A stretch of 64,000 nucleotides of DNA from an uncultured Chloroflexia bacterium (GTDB lineage Bacteria > Chloroflexota > Anaerolineae > Anaerolineales > Anaerolineaceae), in contig CAVRKN010000020.1 of the NCBI GenBank assembly GCA_963721535.1, positions 29,062 to 93,061 of the forward strand, written 5' to 3'. Below are positions 34,093 through 44,845 of this stretch, piece by piece (within the stretch, counting starts at the first letter, position 1; each line of letters begins with the position of its first letter). A program made the translations under genes and the position numbers. Below the pieces are notes generated by a model. That model ran no database searches, had not been told where the DNA came from, and saw only the letters and a program-made list of their open reading frames with translations.

Positions 34093-34334
34093 GTTTGCTG
34101 ACCCACCCTGCTGAACAAACACCTAAGTAATTTGAAATTACGCTTTAAGGACGGTAAGAATGCTAAAACGGAACCTCTAGAAACCTATTAAATACGAACC
34201 GGTGCCGCGATCAATAACATGACCAGTAATTCCCCACTACATATTTATTATATGCACAGTAATTATGGAATGGTGATTTATTTAGAAATTCATTAAATTT
34301 GATTTACTCAGCAGTGGACGAAGAAGGTATATGA

Positions 34335-34364
34335 AAAACGGCCTGAATATTTTCAGGCCGTTTT
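34335..34364 (-). terminator. Intrinsic terminator after paralog 3
   Basis: AAAACGGCCTGAA / TTCAGGCCGTTTT. Confidence 0.75.
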
Positions 34365-34393
34365 GTAGATTAGCAATCGAAATTCTTCTAGAC

Positions 34394-37300
34394 TTATGGG
34401 ATGTAAAGCCCATCCACATCATTGGCGTCCAATGCCCACAGGCTGCCATCGAAATAAAGCGTATTGGCGAAGGTGCAGGCTGTGTTGGTACCCAGAGAAA
34501 TTGGGGTGCAGGTAAATACATCTTCATTCAGACCGGAAATTCCCGCAACTGCGAAATCAACCAGTGTCGAGAGGTGAATATCGCCGTTGGAGGTCACATC
34601 CAATGCGTCAGTGTCCTCGTTCGAGGTATCGCCCAACCCGACCGCAGTCCCGTCAAAATACAACGCCCAGGTGCCACTGGTGACCGCTCCCAGGGTTGCC
34701 GGAGTGAACGCCAGGACATCCTCATCCTGTGCACTCACGTTGGGCACCACCGGATTCCCAGCTGTAGAAATCAAGATTCTACCGTCTGGTAACACATCCA
34801 GGGCATCGACCACCTCGGTCGTGGCGGTCTCCAAGCCAACATCTTCGCCGTCAAAGTACAGGCTGAAAGTGCCGGCAGTGTTGGCGCCAAACGATGTCGC
34901 TGAGAATTGGATGATATCCCAGGGATCAACAGCCAGCGTGCCAAGTGTGAAGGCGGTGCGGAACGTCATCAATAGCGTATTGGCATCCAACAGGACAAAA
35001 TCATTCATGTCCTGACCGGTGGTAGAGATGCCGACATCTGAAGCATCAAAGAACATGCTCCAACTGGCTCCATTGAAATGCAGCACATCGATGTCTTCAG
35101 CTGCTACTCCGCCCACCGTTCCTGTTCCGTCCAGCGATATATAGATTTCGCCGCTCGGTACTGTCGTTGTGGCTGTCGGGGTAAAGGTTGCTGTTGGCGG
35201 CAAAGTATTGGTGGGGGTAAAGGTAGCCGTAGGTGGCAGCGAAGTATTGGTAGGGGTAAAGGTAGCCGTCGGTGGCAGCGTGTTGGTTGGGGTGAACGTA
35301 GCAGTCGGCGGCAGCGTTTCGGTTGGGGTGAACGTAGCTGTCGGCGGCAGGGTTGGTGTCGGTGTAGCGGTGTCGGTAGGGGTTAGCGTGGCGGTCGCGG
35401 TATGTGTTGCAGTGGGCGATGGTCCAACGGTTGCTGTATTCGTTGGTGTGAACGTCGGTGTGGCCGTCGACGTGTTGGTCGGCGTGCTGGTCTGGGTTGG
35501 TGTCAGGGTAGAAGTTGGTGTGTTGGTTGGTGTGGGTGACGGAAGGGGTCCTGCGGACAGTAGATTGAAGGCATCCACATCGTTGACAGTTTGTGCCCAG
35601 GTGCTGCCGTCAAAGAAAAGGGCGGCAGAGTAGTTGCAGGCGGTATTCGTCCCAACCGAACTGGGAACGCAGACAAAAACATCCTCATCGAAACCGATTA
35701 CACCCGGAACGCTAAAATCTCCCAGAGTTGACAGGTAGATGTTGCCATTGGCATCCACATCCAGCGCATCGATATCTTCATTATTACTGCCGTCAGCCAG
35801 TCCAACGTCGGAACCGTCAAAGTACAACGTCCAGGTCCCGCTGGTGACATCACCCAGCGTGACGGGTGTAAATTCAAGGACATCCTCATCCGCTGCTGAT
35901 ACACCTGGTACTGCCGAAGATCCACTCGTAGAAAGCAGGATCTGGCCTCCAGGCAACACCGTCAATGCATCGATACTTTCGCCATTGGCATCCAATCCAA
36001 CATCAATGCCATTGAAGTACATGCTAAAGGTCCCGGCGGTGACGCTGCCCAGCGACGTTGCGTTGAATTGAACAATATCGTTTGGTGTTACGGCAATTCC
36101 ATTCAGCGTGAGTGCGGTGGTGAAGGCCATTAAAATTGTGCTGCTATTTACGATCTGGAATCCGAACAAATCGGAGCCGCCGACTCCGACATCCGAACCG
36201 TCAAAATACAAGGACCAGGTTTGTCCATCAAAACGCAGGATGTCTTCGTCCGCGAAAGCTACCCCGCCGATCGTTCCATTGGAAGCCATGGAGAGATAAA
36301 GAGGGTTACTGGACGGCACTGGAGTCGGTGTTGGGGTGGCTGTGGCAGTAAAGGTGTTGGTGGCAGTGGGTGTGTTGGTGAACGTCGCCGTTGGACCGGT
36401 GGTGGGTGTATTGGTGTTCGTCGCTGTGGGACTGGTGGTAGCCGTGTTGGTGGGTGTGGCGGAATGGGTCGCGGTTGGGCTTGGACCAACCGTACTCGTC
36501 AAAGTAGGAGTCGTTGTAGCGGTGGCAGTGGACGTCGATGTCGGAGTAAATGTTGAAGTGGGTAGGGAAGTATTGGTTGGCGTGGCTACAGGAGGCGGGT
36601 TGATCGATATTTCCCACACCTTGCCATCATTTTCCGTCGGGCTGGGGTTCGATCCGCTGTCATTGTCGATGCCGCGGCTGGCGATATAGATATTCTTGAC
36701 ACTGGGATTTGCCAGGCTGGGTAAATACCCCACATCTGAGCGAATATTTTGGGCAGTACCCATAAATCCAACATTGTATGCCTGCAGCAAAGTGCCGCCC
36801 TGGGTAAGCTCGCCAATGTAGGTATCGCTGCTGCTGGTGCTGACGATGAACAAGGTACCCGATTCGGGGTGAAAACCTATGCCTTCCAGATCTTTGAAAC
36901 CGAGCGCCAGCGTATCGAAGTGGGTGACGGGGCCGTCATCACCGCCCAATACGCCGTTGGCGCCCAGACTGAATTCCCAAACCTCGGCGTCTGAGCCGCC
37001 TGAAATAAACAGGGAATTGTTGCCGTAAGCAATATCTTCAGGGTCGCTGCCGGAGCCGCCAAAAAGTGTAACTGTGCTGGCTTTGACCACCGTATCGTCG
37101 CCGGTACAATACGTCAGATCCGCTCCGATATTTATTTCGTAGATTTCTTTGCGGTCATCATCGGTCATGTAAATGCGGTTATTGGCCGGGTTCACCGAAA
37201 TTCCAGTGGGTTCATGGGAGAAGCTCAACGTATTACAGGTTCCCACCAATGATCCGGCCAAATTGGAAAAATATACATTGGCTCCGGCATAGACCGACAT

Positions 37301-38361
37301 TTCGTCAACTTCGCTATCGTCAATGATGAGCCTGCCAGTTAATGGGAAATAATCGATGCCTGACGGGTCTGGGCTGGACGAAGTCCAGACATTTTTAGAC
37401 GTGTCGATCGTTCGCACCAGTGAAGCCGGCAGCATGGGAGTGCCGCTAGGCACCGACATCGGATCGAGCGTCAACTCAAGGATTTGACCGCTGGTCTGTA
37501 CTGTACCCGCTGAGGGGGTGGATCCACCATCCAGTACAAACAGGTATTGGGCAGAAGGGTCGTCGGTTTGGTCAGCGCTGGGGGCGAATGTGAGCGCCTG
37601 GATATTGGTCAGTTAAAGTTGGCCAGGTCCATTTGGGCAACAGCCACACCCTGTGAATCGAATTCATAGATTTTTTTCTCATTTGGAGCAGCAGCATACA
37701 AATGAGTGTTTTTAGGGTTGTAAGCCAGGCCGCGTAAAGTTGTGCTGCCAACTCCGGTCACGTTCATCCTGGATATACGGGCGGATGTTCCGGCATAATT
37801 CCGGCCGGCCGCTGGTGCGACTGAGACAATTCGCGGGCCTTTGGCATCCAGAATGTACAGGCGTCCCGTCAGTGGATCAAAAGTAATGCCGGCAGGCGAT
37901 TGCACCCCATAGGCGTGAGTATCAAATTTTGTGGCGGAATTCGCTGTGGTCGCGGGATACCCCTTGGAATTTAGATCTACCCGGGTTAGCCTTGTTGAAC
38001 CGCTGCCAAGGAAAAATATACTACCGCTAGAGGGATCATATGCGGAATTCAAATCGCCGTTTACCGCGGTTGGCAGGTTAATATCGCCGCCAGCATGCTT
38101 ATAATCCTTGATCAAGCTCGTTTGTGTCAGTTCGGTGTTTTGCTCCCAGAGTAAAAATCCGGCTGCTGCCGGCAGGAAGGCAAACCCACCCGGATTTGGC
38201 ACACCTAATTTTGATGTTCCGATACTTTGGATATCAGCAAACCTGGCTGATCCAATGGCAGCATGGACTACCACTGAATTTTGAACCACATTACCAAATA
38301 CTACGGCGATAATCATTGCAACCAAGATTAACCGGTAAGCGCGATGCCGCTGATAAGCCAT
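34394..38361 (-). CDS. Large secreted multidomain protein (about 1320 aa), paralog 3: propeller-like N-terminal region plus two acidic repeat domains joined by Thr/Pro linkers; apparent -1 frameshift near 37614
   Basis: SD AAGGGAGG and signal peptide at 38361; adding one base at TTT-AA-CTG continues into [20 protein letters not shown] and the 1026-aa ORF. Confidence 0.75.
35165..35350 (-). repeat. Five ~36-bp coding tandem repeats ([12 protein letters not shown])
   Basis: Visible in both the DNA and the translation of the second Thr/Pro linker. Confidence 0.85.
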
Positions 38362-38687
38362 GCTTTTATTTCCTCCCTTAAATAAAATAAAGCCCTTGAT
38401 GGAATGCTTCATCAAGCGGGCTTTTCGGCAATCAGACAATCTTCAAAAACAGATCTCTGACTTTGCGTGGTCGTAAATAGAACCACACCTTTTCGAAGCC
38501 TCTGTTATCGAATCTATTAATGATTACTATACAACAATTATTACTTTATTGATATAGTTTGTTTAGTTATTCTAATGATTTCTTTGCATAAATGACCGAT
38601 TCGAAACACGAAATCGTCCGCTATAATGTTTATACGTCAACGGACCAAATGTCTGCGATTACCAACTCATTCATCGGGAGACAATAT

Positions 38688-38930
38688 ATGAGCAATCCGC
38701 ATGAACGAAGTAACGGGCCATTTCTAGCGCTGCTATTTTTTGCTTTTTTGCTGGCACTTATCGTCTTGCTGGGACCAAATATTAAGCAGCTGGCTTATGG
38801 TCGCCTACCTCTGGGTAGCGGAGGTTATGCCGGACCGAGCGGCGGATTTGACCCATTCACTCCCATTATCAATGGATTGGATGCTTTTGGGCAGGCGATT
38901 GGTCGATTCTTCGGCAGCGTGTTCCGATAA
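38688..38930 (+). CDS. Small membrane protein
   Basis: SD GGGAG before ATG 38688; one TM segment plus amphipathic C-terminal helix. Confidence 0.6.
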   Translation: MSNPHERSNGPFLALLFFAFLLALIVLLGPNIKQLAYGRLPLGSGGYAGPSGGFDPFTPIINGLDAFGQAIGRFFGSVFR

Positions 38931-38959
38931 TCAGCTGACCCGAACAAATAGAGGGTAGT

Positions 38960-39898
38960 TTGAAGCCTTTTCGGAAAAATGTGGCTATCGCCATCGATGG
39001 GGGCGGCATCCGTGGATTAATCGTCACCCGCGCCCTATCCATCCTGGAAACCCACCTCGGGCTGCCGCTGCATAACATTGCCCGCCTGACAGCTGGAACC
39101 TCCACAGGTTCGATCATCGCTGCCGGGATCGGCGGCGGGATGACCGCCAGCGAATTGGAGACGCTATACATTACACTGGGTCCTAAGGTTTTTCCCACAA
39201 CCCTGCGTAAATTATTATTTCCGCTTACCCGCTTCCAATACCCGGCTGAACCCCTCAATACTTTCCTGATGGCCTCATTTGGCGAAATGAAAATGGGTGA
39301 TTATTGGATCGCCAAACCGCCAACCGACGTAGTGATCACACTTTACGATCTGGCAGAAAACCGCAATTTATTCGTCAAGCCGTGGAAGGATGAATATGCC
39401 GACTGGCCGGTGGTGCGGGCGGTACAGGGGTCCTGTACCGTGCCGACCTATTTTCCGGTGGTGGAAGGGCGCTACATCGACGGTGGAGTGGGTTCATATG
39501 CCAATCCAAGTTATCTGGCAGCCTATGAAGCCCGCTATGTCTTGAAATGGGATCCCGAAGAGACCACATTACTCTCCTTCGGTACCGGACGCGAACCCTA
39601 TAAATTCGATGCACGCAAAGCTGGTCATTTTTGGCCGTGGGACTGGCTGGCGCGTATGTTCGGCGTCTTTTTACACTCAGCAGAAGATCAGCAAGTAGGG
39701 TTGGTGGAAACTTTCTTTGAAAAGATTGACTTTCGCCGTTACCAGGTGAACCTTGGCGAGCCGATCGGCATGGATGAGGTGGGCTATATGGATCGGCTGG
39801 TCGATTATGGGGACATTATGGGTCAGATGATCCTGGACGATCTGTACGACAAGGCTCTCGTGGTTGGCCTCGAAAAGCCGGAGAAGAAAAAAGTATAA
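38960..39898 (+). CDS. Patatin-like phospholipase
   Basis: DGGGIRG, GTSTG, DGG catalytic motifs. Confidence 0.9.
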   Translation: MKPFRKNVAIAIDGGGIRGLIVTRALSILETHLGLPLHNIARLTAGTSTGSIIAAGIGGGMTASELETLYITLGPKVFPTTLRKLLFPLTRFQYPAEPLNTFLMASFGEMKMGDYWIAKPPTDVVITLYDLAENRNLFVKPWKDEYADWPVVRAVQGSCTVPTYFPVVEGRYIDGGVGSYANPSYLAAYEARYVLKWDPEETTLLSFGTGREPYKFDARKAGHFWPWDWLARMFGVFLHSAEDQQVGLVETFFEKIDFRRYQVNLGEPIGMDEVGYMDRLVDYGDIMGQMILDDLYDKALVVGLEKPEKKKV

Positions 39899-39974
39899 CT
39901 AAAGGTTGTTAATCTCTCTTTTACCAAAATAATCTGCCCAATTTTGGAAATGCCGCGTTTATAATTCAGCTTTC

Positions 39975-41360
39975 ATGCTGAGCTACCTGTTCACCGATCG
40001 AGCGTATTACCGAACCCTGCTGCGTCTGGCAGTGCCTATTATCCTGCAATATCTGATCTCGTCTTCGATGAATATCATCGATGTCGCCATGATCGGGCAG
40101 TTAGGCGAGACCGCAGTGGCGGCAGTGGGATTAAGCAACCAGGCGTTTTTCATCATGACCCTGGTCATGTTTGGCATCAGCAGTGGAACCGCCATATTCT
40201 CGGCACAATACTGGGGGCAACGCGACACGACTAGCATTCGCAAGGTATTAGGGCTTTGCCTGGTCATGGCTACCAGTGCAGCGTTAATTTTCACCGTTAT
40301 CGGCGTTTTCTTCCCCGATAAGTTTTTAGGAGTTTTTACCCGGGATCTGGCGGTTGTTAATCTTGGATCGCAATACATGCGCATCGTGGCTTTCAGCTAC
40401 CTGGTCACATCGATCACCTATAGTTATTCCGCGGTGCTGCGATCGACCGAAGAGGTGCGGCTGCCCATGATGATCAGCAGCTCAGCAATTCTGTTCAAAA
40501 CCATCCTGTCGTACTTGCTGATTTTTGGGCATTTAGGCTTTCCCAAATTGGGTGTGGCGGGCGCAGCCATCGGCACGTTAATCGCCCGTTACCTGGAATG
40601 CATCATCCTGCTATTTTTTGTTTACCGGCGAAAAACTCACGCTGCCATCAAACCAGCCGATTTACGAGGTTACACCCGACCTTTCCTCAGACGGTTTGCA
40701 CGCACGGTGCTGCCAGTCGTTTTTAACGAATTGGCCTGGTCGGTTGGCGTGACGGTTTATACCGTAGTCTATGCCCGTATCAGCACGCAGGCGATTGCTG
40801 CCGTCAACATCGTCTTTTCCATTGAAAATTTTGCCTTTGTTCTGTTCCTGGCAATTTCTGATGCCACTGGCATCATGATTGGAAATCAAATTGGCGCCGG
40901 GAAGGAAGATAAAGCCTTCGACTACGGTCGGCGTTCTTTAACAATCGGCATTATTGGCGCCCTGTTGATGGGGGCTCTGGTGTACTTTAATATCAACAAC
41001 ATCACGCAGATCTACAAGATCTCGGCTGTTTCGCTTGGCTATACCCAAAAGGTAATGGCGATCTCAGCTGCGGTGATGTGGCTGCGAGTTTCGAATATGC
41101 TGATCATCGTCGGCATCCTGCGCCCCGGCGGTGACACCCGCTTCGGCCTGGCCCTGGATCTGATATCGCTCTGGTGTATAGGCGTCCCGTTATCATTGAT
41201 CGCCGGACTGCTACTACACCTGCCGGTATACCTGGTATATCTGGTGGTCAACGCGGAGGAATTGGTTAAATTTATCATCGGGCTGCGCCGGGTAGGTTCA
41301 CGCCGCTGGATCAATAACCTGGTGCGACCGGCAATTATAGAAACCGTTCCGGAACCGTAA
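39975..41360 (+). CDS. MATE family efflux transporter
   Basis: DVAMIGQLG...AAVGL, PKLGVAGAAIGT, about 12 TM segments. Confidence 0.92.
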   Translation: MLSYLFTDRAYYRTLLRLAVPIILQYLISSSMNIIDVAMIGQLGETAVAAVGLSNQAFFIMTLVMFGISSGTAIFSAQYWGQRDTTSIRKVLGLCLVMATSAALIFTVIGVFFPDKFLGVFTRDLAVVNLGSQYMRIVAFSYLVTSITYSYSAVLRSTEEVRLPMMISSSAILFKTILSYLLIFGHLGFPKLGVAGAAIGTLIARYLECIILLFFVYRRKTHAAIKPADLRGYTRPFLRRFARTVLPVVFNELAWSVGVTVYTVVYARISTQAIAAVNIVFSIENFAFVLFLAISDATGIMIGNQIGAGKEDKAFDYGRRSLTIGIIGALLMGALVYFNINNITQIYKISAVSLGYTQKVMAISAAVMWLRVSNMLIIVGILRPGGDTRFGLALDLISLWCIGVPLSLIAGLLLHLPVYLVYLVVNAEELVKFIIGLRRVGSRRWINNLVRPAIIETVPEP

Positions 41361-41620
41361 CACCGCTATCACAAGATTTCGGCGTAGGATCCAAAACCTG
41401 GAAATTCAGCACCTGAGAATGGATTTACGGGCCAAATTCAGCAAGATATTGGTAATTTCATAACCTCGTGATAAAGCATGCGTTGTATAATTACCTAAAT
41501 TAATCTTATTACTTTACCAGAACAGTTTCCTCCTTAATATGTTTGGATAAACAGGTAGGTACTTGCCCGGATGACAAACCCGGGTAGCTGGTTAATTTTA
41601 ATATATCGCCAGGAGCAACA

Positions 41621-42457
41621 ATGCCATCTTCAGGACCGATCAATAAGATTGGGATTTATGTAGATGTATCGTATATCTACAATAACGGCGGGCAGAAAAT
41701 GCAATATGATGCATTGCGCGAGTTTGCCTGCCGGGATTACTCGGAGCCGGTGCGGATGAACGCTTATGTCAGTTACGACCGCGACCGGGCCGATTGGGAT
41801 GAAAATTATCGCAAGGGTACCCAGAATTTCCATTCAGCACTGCGCGATATGGGCTATAAGGTGATCGTCAAAGAGATCCAGTGGTTCCAGGATGAGAGCG
41901 GCAATCGCTATGGCAAAGCCAATGCCGACCTGGATCTGGCGGTCGATGCATTGTTACAATCCGCCAACCTTGACCGCATCCTGCTGGCTTCCGGTGACGG
42001 TGATTTTGTACAGGTGGTGCGGGCGCTGCAAGACAAAGGGCTGCGGGTGGAGGTTTTGGCATTAGACAATGTATCCAGTAAACTGCGCCATGAAGCGGAT
42101 TTCTTCATCTCCGGGTACCAGGTGCCCAATCTGATCCCGACCGCCAATCACAAAACCGAAGGTCCAATTTGGGGCGACCTTGGCTCGCGGGTGCGCGGCT
42201 GGTGTTACTGGCACAGCGACCAGGGGTACGGGTTTATTCGTTATATCAAAGGCATCAGCCCTGGCTTATGGTTAACCGACACCCGCCACCCCAATTCACC
42301 CTATGCCACCGCTTTCTTCCATGATTCCAACCTGCCTGATTCGGTCCGCCCGAATAACCTACCCAGCCGGAATTATGTATTGGAGATGGAACTGGCAAAA
42401 TCGGAACGCGGCGGGGGCGTCCAGGCCATCAATATGGAATTGGTCAGTAAATTTTAG
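41621..42457 (+). CDS. NYN (LabA/DUF88) domain protein with C-terminal cold-shock-like OB domain
   Basis: IYVDVSY, KANADLDLAVD, LASGDGDF, G.RVEV; C-terminal RGWCYWHSDQGYGFI...FFHDS resembles RNP1/RNP2. Confidence 0.8.
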   Translation: MPSSGPINKIGIYVDVSYIYNNGGQKMQYDALREFACRDYSEPVRMNAYVSYDRDRADWDENYRKGTQNFHSALRDMGYKVIVKEIQWFQDESGNRYGKANADLDLAVDALLQSANLDRILLASGDGDFVQVVRALQDKGLRVEVLALDNVSSKLRHEADFFISGYQVPNLIPTANHKTEGPIWGDLGSRVRGWCYWHSDQGYGFIRYIKGISPGLWLTDTRHPNSPYATAFFHDSNLPDSVRPNNLPSRNYVLEMELAKSERGGGVQAINMELVSKF

Positions 42458-42472
42458 CCATGAGGCAAAAAT

Positions 42473-42506
42473 AAAAGGCGCATCCCAGATCTGGGATGCG
42501 CCTTTT
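42473..42506. terminator. Bidirectional intrinsic terminator
   Basis: Perfect palindrome AAAAGGCGCATCCCAGATCTGGGATGCGCCTTTT between convergent genes. Confidence 0.85.
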
Positions 42507-42518
42507 TGATTTCAAAGG

Positions 42519-42950
42519 CTATCTCGTTTTTGAAAGATCTTTTGCCTTGGCCTGCAGCGCAAGCTCCTCGTCATTATTCGGTTCCAACTCAATACCGTGT
42601 GGCTGGGCTACACCATCCATATCGACATTGATAAACGTAATAAACCCGTCGACGATGATCTCGTCTCGCGATTTGACCCGAATGTTGGCGACCAGACTGG
42701 TACGTCCAGCCAGAACAATCCGACTCTCATAGGCAATTACTTCACCAAGCTTGATCGGACGCTTGAAGACCATTCCGTGAATTTGTAAACAAACCACGTG
42801 TTCCGGGCGCACCAGATCTGCTGCGCCAATGAAACCAGCTTCAACAAACCATTCAGCGCTGCGGCCGGCGTATAAGGTGCCGTGATGGTTCAGGTCCTCG
42901 CTTTTCACCAGGTGATAGGTCGAGAAGGATTTAATTTTCATGTGTGCCAT
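42519..42950 (-). CDS. Hotdog-fold acyl-CoA thioesterase
   Basis: LVKSEDLNHHGTLYAGR, F..PIKLGE, GRTSL. Confidence 0.85.
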   Translation of the reverse strand: MAHMKIKSFSTYHLVKSEDLNHHGTLYAGRSAEWFVEAGFIGAADLVRPEHVVCLQIHGMVFKRPIKLGEVIAYESRIVLAGRTSLVANIRVKSRDEIIVDGFITFINVDMDGVAQPHGIELEPNNDEELALQAKAKDLSKTR

Positions 42951-43199
42951 ACCTCGTAAAGATGGAGATTTAGGATAAATCGTGAGAGCTCCCCATGGAC
43001 TCGCGAAGAGAATTTAATATATCACCGGGATATTGGCTGGTCAATATGTCAGACATCTTAAAATAAACCAGCCTTGTGAACCCCGGTATAGGTTGCAAGG
43101 CTGGGTATTTGAGAAATATTTCACGAATTATTGTTGCAAGCGAGTATATTGTATTGGCAAATAAAAATCAGATGGAGCTATCGAGCCAGGCTTTTTGAC

Positions 43200-43643
43200 T
43201 TAGCGTCCGTACCGCCCGCTGATGAAGTTTTCCATTTCTTCCAGCATCTGCGATTGGTCAGAAATGACAGTCTTGACCACATCGCCAATGGTGATGATGC
43301 CAATCAACTTCTCGTTTTCAATCACCGGCAGATGGCGAATGTGATGGGCAGTCATGTATAACATGGCATCTTTGACCGTTTGTTCGGGGGCGATGGTGAC
43401 TACCTCGCGGGTCATAAAATCAGCTACGGGACGGTGCTTAATGGTCCCCACATCTTTTACTGCTTGCCGCACATAATCACGTTCCGAAAAAATCCCCACC
43501 AATTTATCGGATTCCATAACAACCACCGCGCCTATGTCTTTTCCGGCAAGTAGATGCAAAGTTTCGAATACAGTTGTGGTGGGTGTTACGAACCAGACTT
43601 CCGTGCCTTTCTCCTTGAGTATTTCGCGAATGGTGCTATCCAT
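43200..43643 (-). CDS. CBS domain-pair protein
   Basis: IGAVVV, GIFSERDY, IRHLPVI, ITIGDVVK. Confidence 0.9.
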   Translation of the reverse strand: MDSTIREILKEKGTEVWFVTPTTTVFETLHLLAGKDIGAVVVMESDKLVGIFSERDYVRQAVKDVGTIKHRPVADFMTREVVTIAPEQTVKDAMLYMTAHHIRHLPVIENEKLIGIITIGDVVKTVISDQSQMLEEMENFISGRYGR

Positions 43644-43742
43644 ATACGCCCTCCCTCAGAGTTTGTGAAAACTATCTACATTGATTATAGGAATATTTCG
43701 GATCGTGTAAACTAATATCCATCGTCTGATTCGATAGAAATA

Positions 43743-43964
43743 TCATTTTCCTTCACTGGCATTCACTGCATCCAGCAGCATTTTCGCCAGTTCTCGCGCT
43801 TGACTGGAGGTAAGGTAAATGTTGGTCTCATCTGCGATGAAGATTTTTTCATCCTCAGGGCAGGATTCCCACAGGCTCACACAAACATTATCGGCGAATT
43901 GGTCATCAGATGGTTCAAAATAGATATCGACACTTAAAGTGTCGTCCAGCAGGATGAGACTCAT
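43743..43964 (-). CDS. Small acidic hypothetical protein
   Basis: SD GGGAGG, directly downstream of proC. Confidence 0.7.
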   Translation of the reverse strand: MSLILLDDTLSVDIYFEPSDDQFADNVCVSLWESCPEDEKIFIADETNIYLTSSQARELAKMLLDAVNASEGK

Positions 43965-43981
43965 TGTAGCCTCCCGATTAA

Positions 43982-44827
43982 TTATCCTTGTTTTTCCGGT
44001 GGGGTACTGGTTTTGCCGCGCCCCAGTTCCTGAGACCGCTCGTAGGCGGCCCAGATCGCCCGGCTGATGGCGGTGCGGAAGCCGGCTTTTTCCAGATAGT
44101 AGAGAGCAGCGGCTGAAGTTCCGCCCGGCGATGTGACTTCATTGCGCAGGTGAGCCGGGTGATCCTTCTTCTGGGCATAATACTCCACCGAGCCGCGCAG
44201 CGTTTGCAGCACCAGCGCCTCGGAGATGCGCCGCGGGAACCCCAGATGAACGCCGGCGTCCACCAGGGCTTCCATAAACAGAAATACGTAAGCCGGCCCG
44301 GTGCCAGAGAGGGCTGTAGCCATGTCCAGCAGCCCTTCGTCTTCAACAAATATCTCCTGACCCAGTGCGGTTAGAATCCGTTGAGCCAGATCTCGCTGAT
44401 CGGGAGTCACAGCCTGGGAGGCCGTCCATACGGATATCCCCTGACCAATTTGAGCCGGGGTGTTTGGCATTACGCGTACCACCACCGGATGCGACAACCC
44501 GCTGGAAATGGTGTGAATCGAAGCCCCGGCGACGATCGATAATACCAGCGCCTGCGGGTCAATGCTACCGCGCAGACCGCTCAATACTCCCTGCAACCGC
44601 TGTGGTTTGACTGCCAGAATGACAATCTCAGCGCCGTGGGCAGCTGCGTTATTATCGGTAGTAAAGTGGATGCCGTATCGTTCGATCAGTTCATCCCCGC
44701 GTTCGGAGCGCGGACCGGCAGCCGTAATTTTGGAGGGTTCGGTGACTTTGTCGCGAATCAAACCGCCAATCACGGCCTCGGCCATAACGCCGGGCCCGAT
44801 CAATGTGATGCTGGGTGATTGGGTCAT
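43982..44827 (-). CDS. proC: Pyrroline-5-carboxylate reductase
   Basis: IGPGVMA, LAVKPQ, RVMPNTP, TALSGTGPAY, VTSPGGT. Confidence 0.95.
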   Translation of the reverse strand: MTQSPSITLIGPGVMAEAVIGGLIRDKVTEPSKITAAGPRSERGDELIERYGIHFTTDNNAAAHGAEIVILAVKPQRLQGVLSGLRGSIDPQALVLSIVAGASIHTISSGLSHPVVVRVMPNTPAQIGQGISVWTASQAVTPDQRDLAQRILTALGQEIFVEDEGLLDMATALSGTGPAYVFLFMEALVDAGVHLGFPRRISEALVLQTLRGSVEYYAQKKDHPAHLRNEVTSPGGTSAAALYYLEKAGFRTAISRAIWAAYERSQELGRGKTSTPPEKQG

Positions 44828-44845
44828 GTTTTCCTCCAAGGTTAT

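Noticed and set aside
32958..35350. CRISPR array or DGR-type repeats
   Set aside because: The repeats are in-frame Thr/Pro coding repeats with wobble variation and no spacers; no cas or reverse transcriptase gene
38960..39898. CBASS/CapV-type defence system around the patatin
   Set aside because: No adjacent CD-NTase or other defence genes; neighbours are a small membrane protein and a MATE pump
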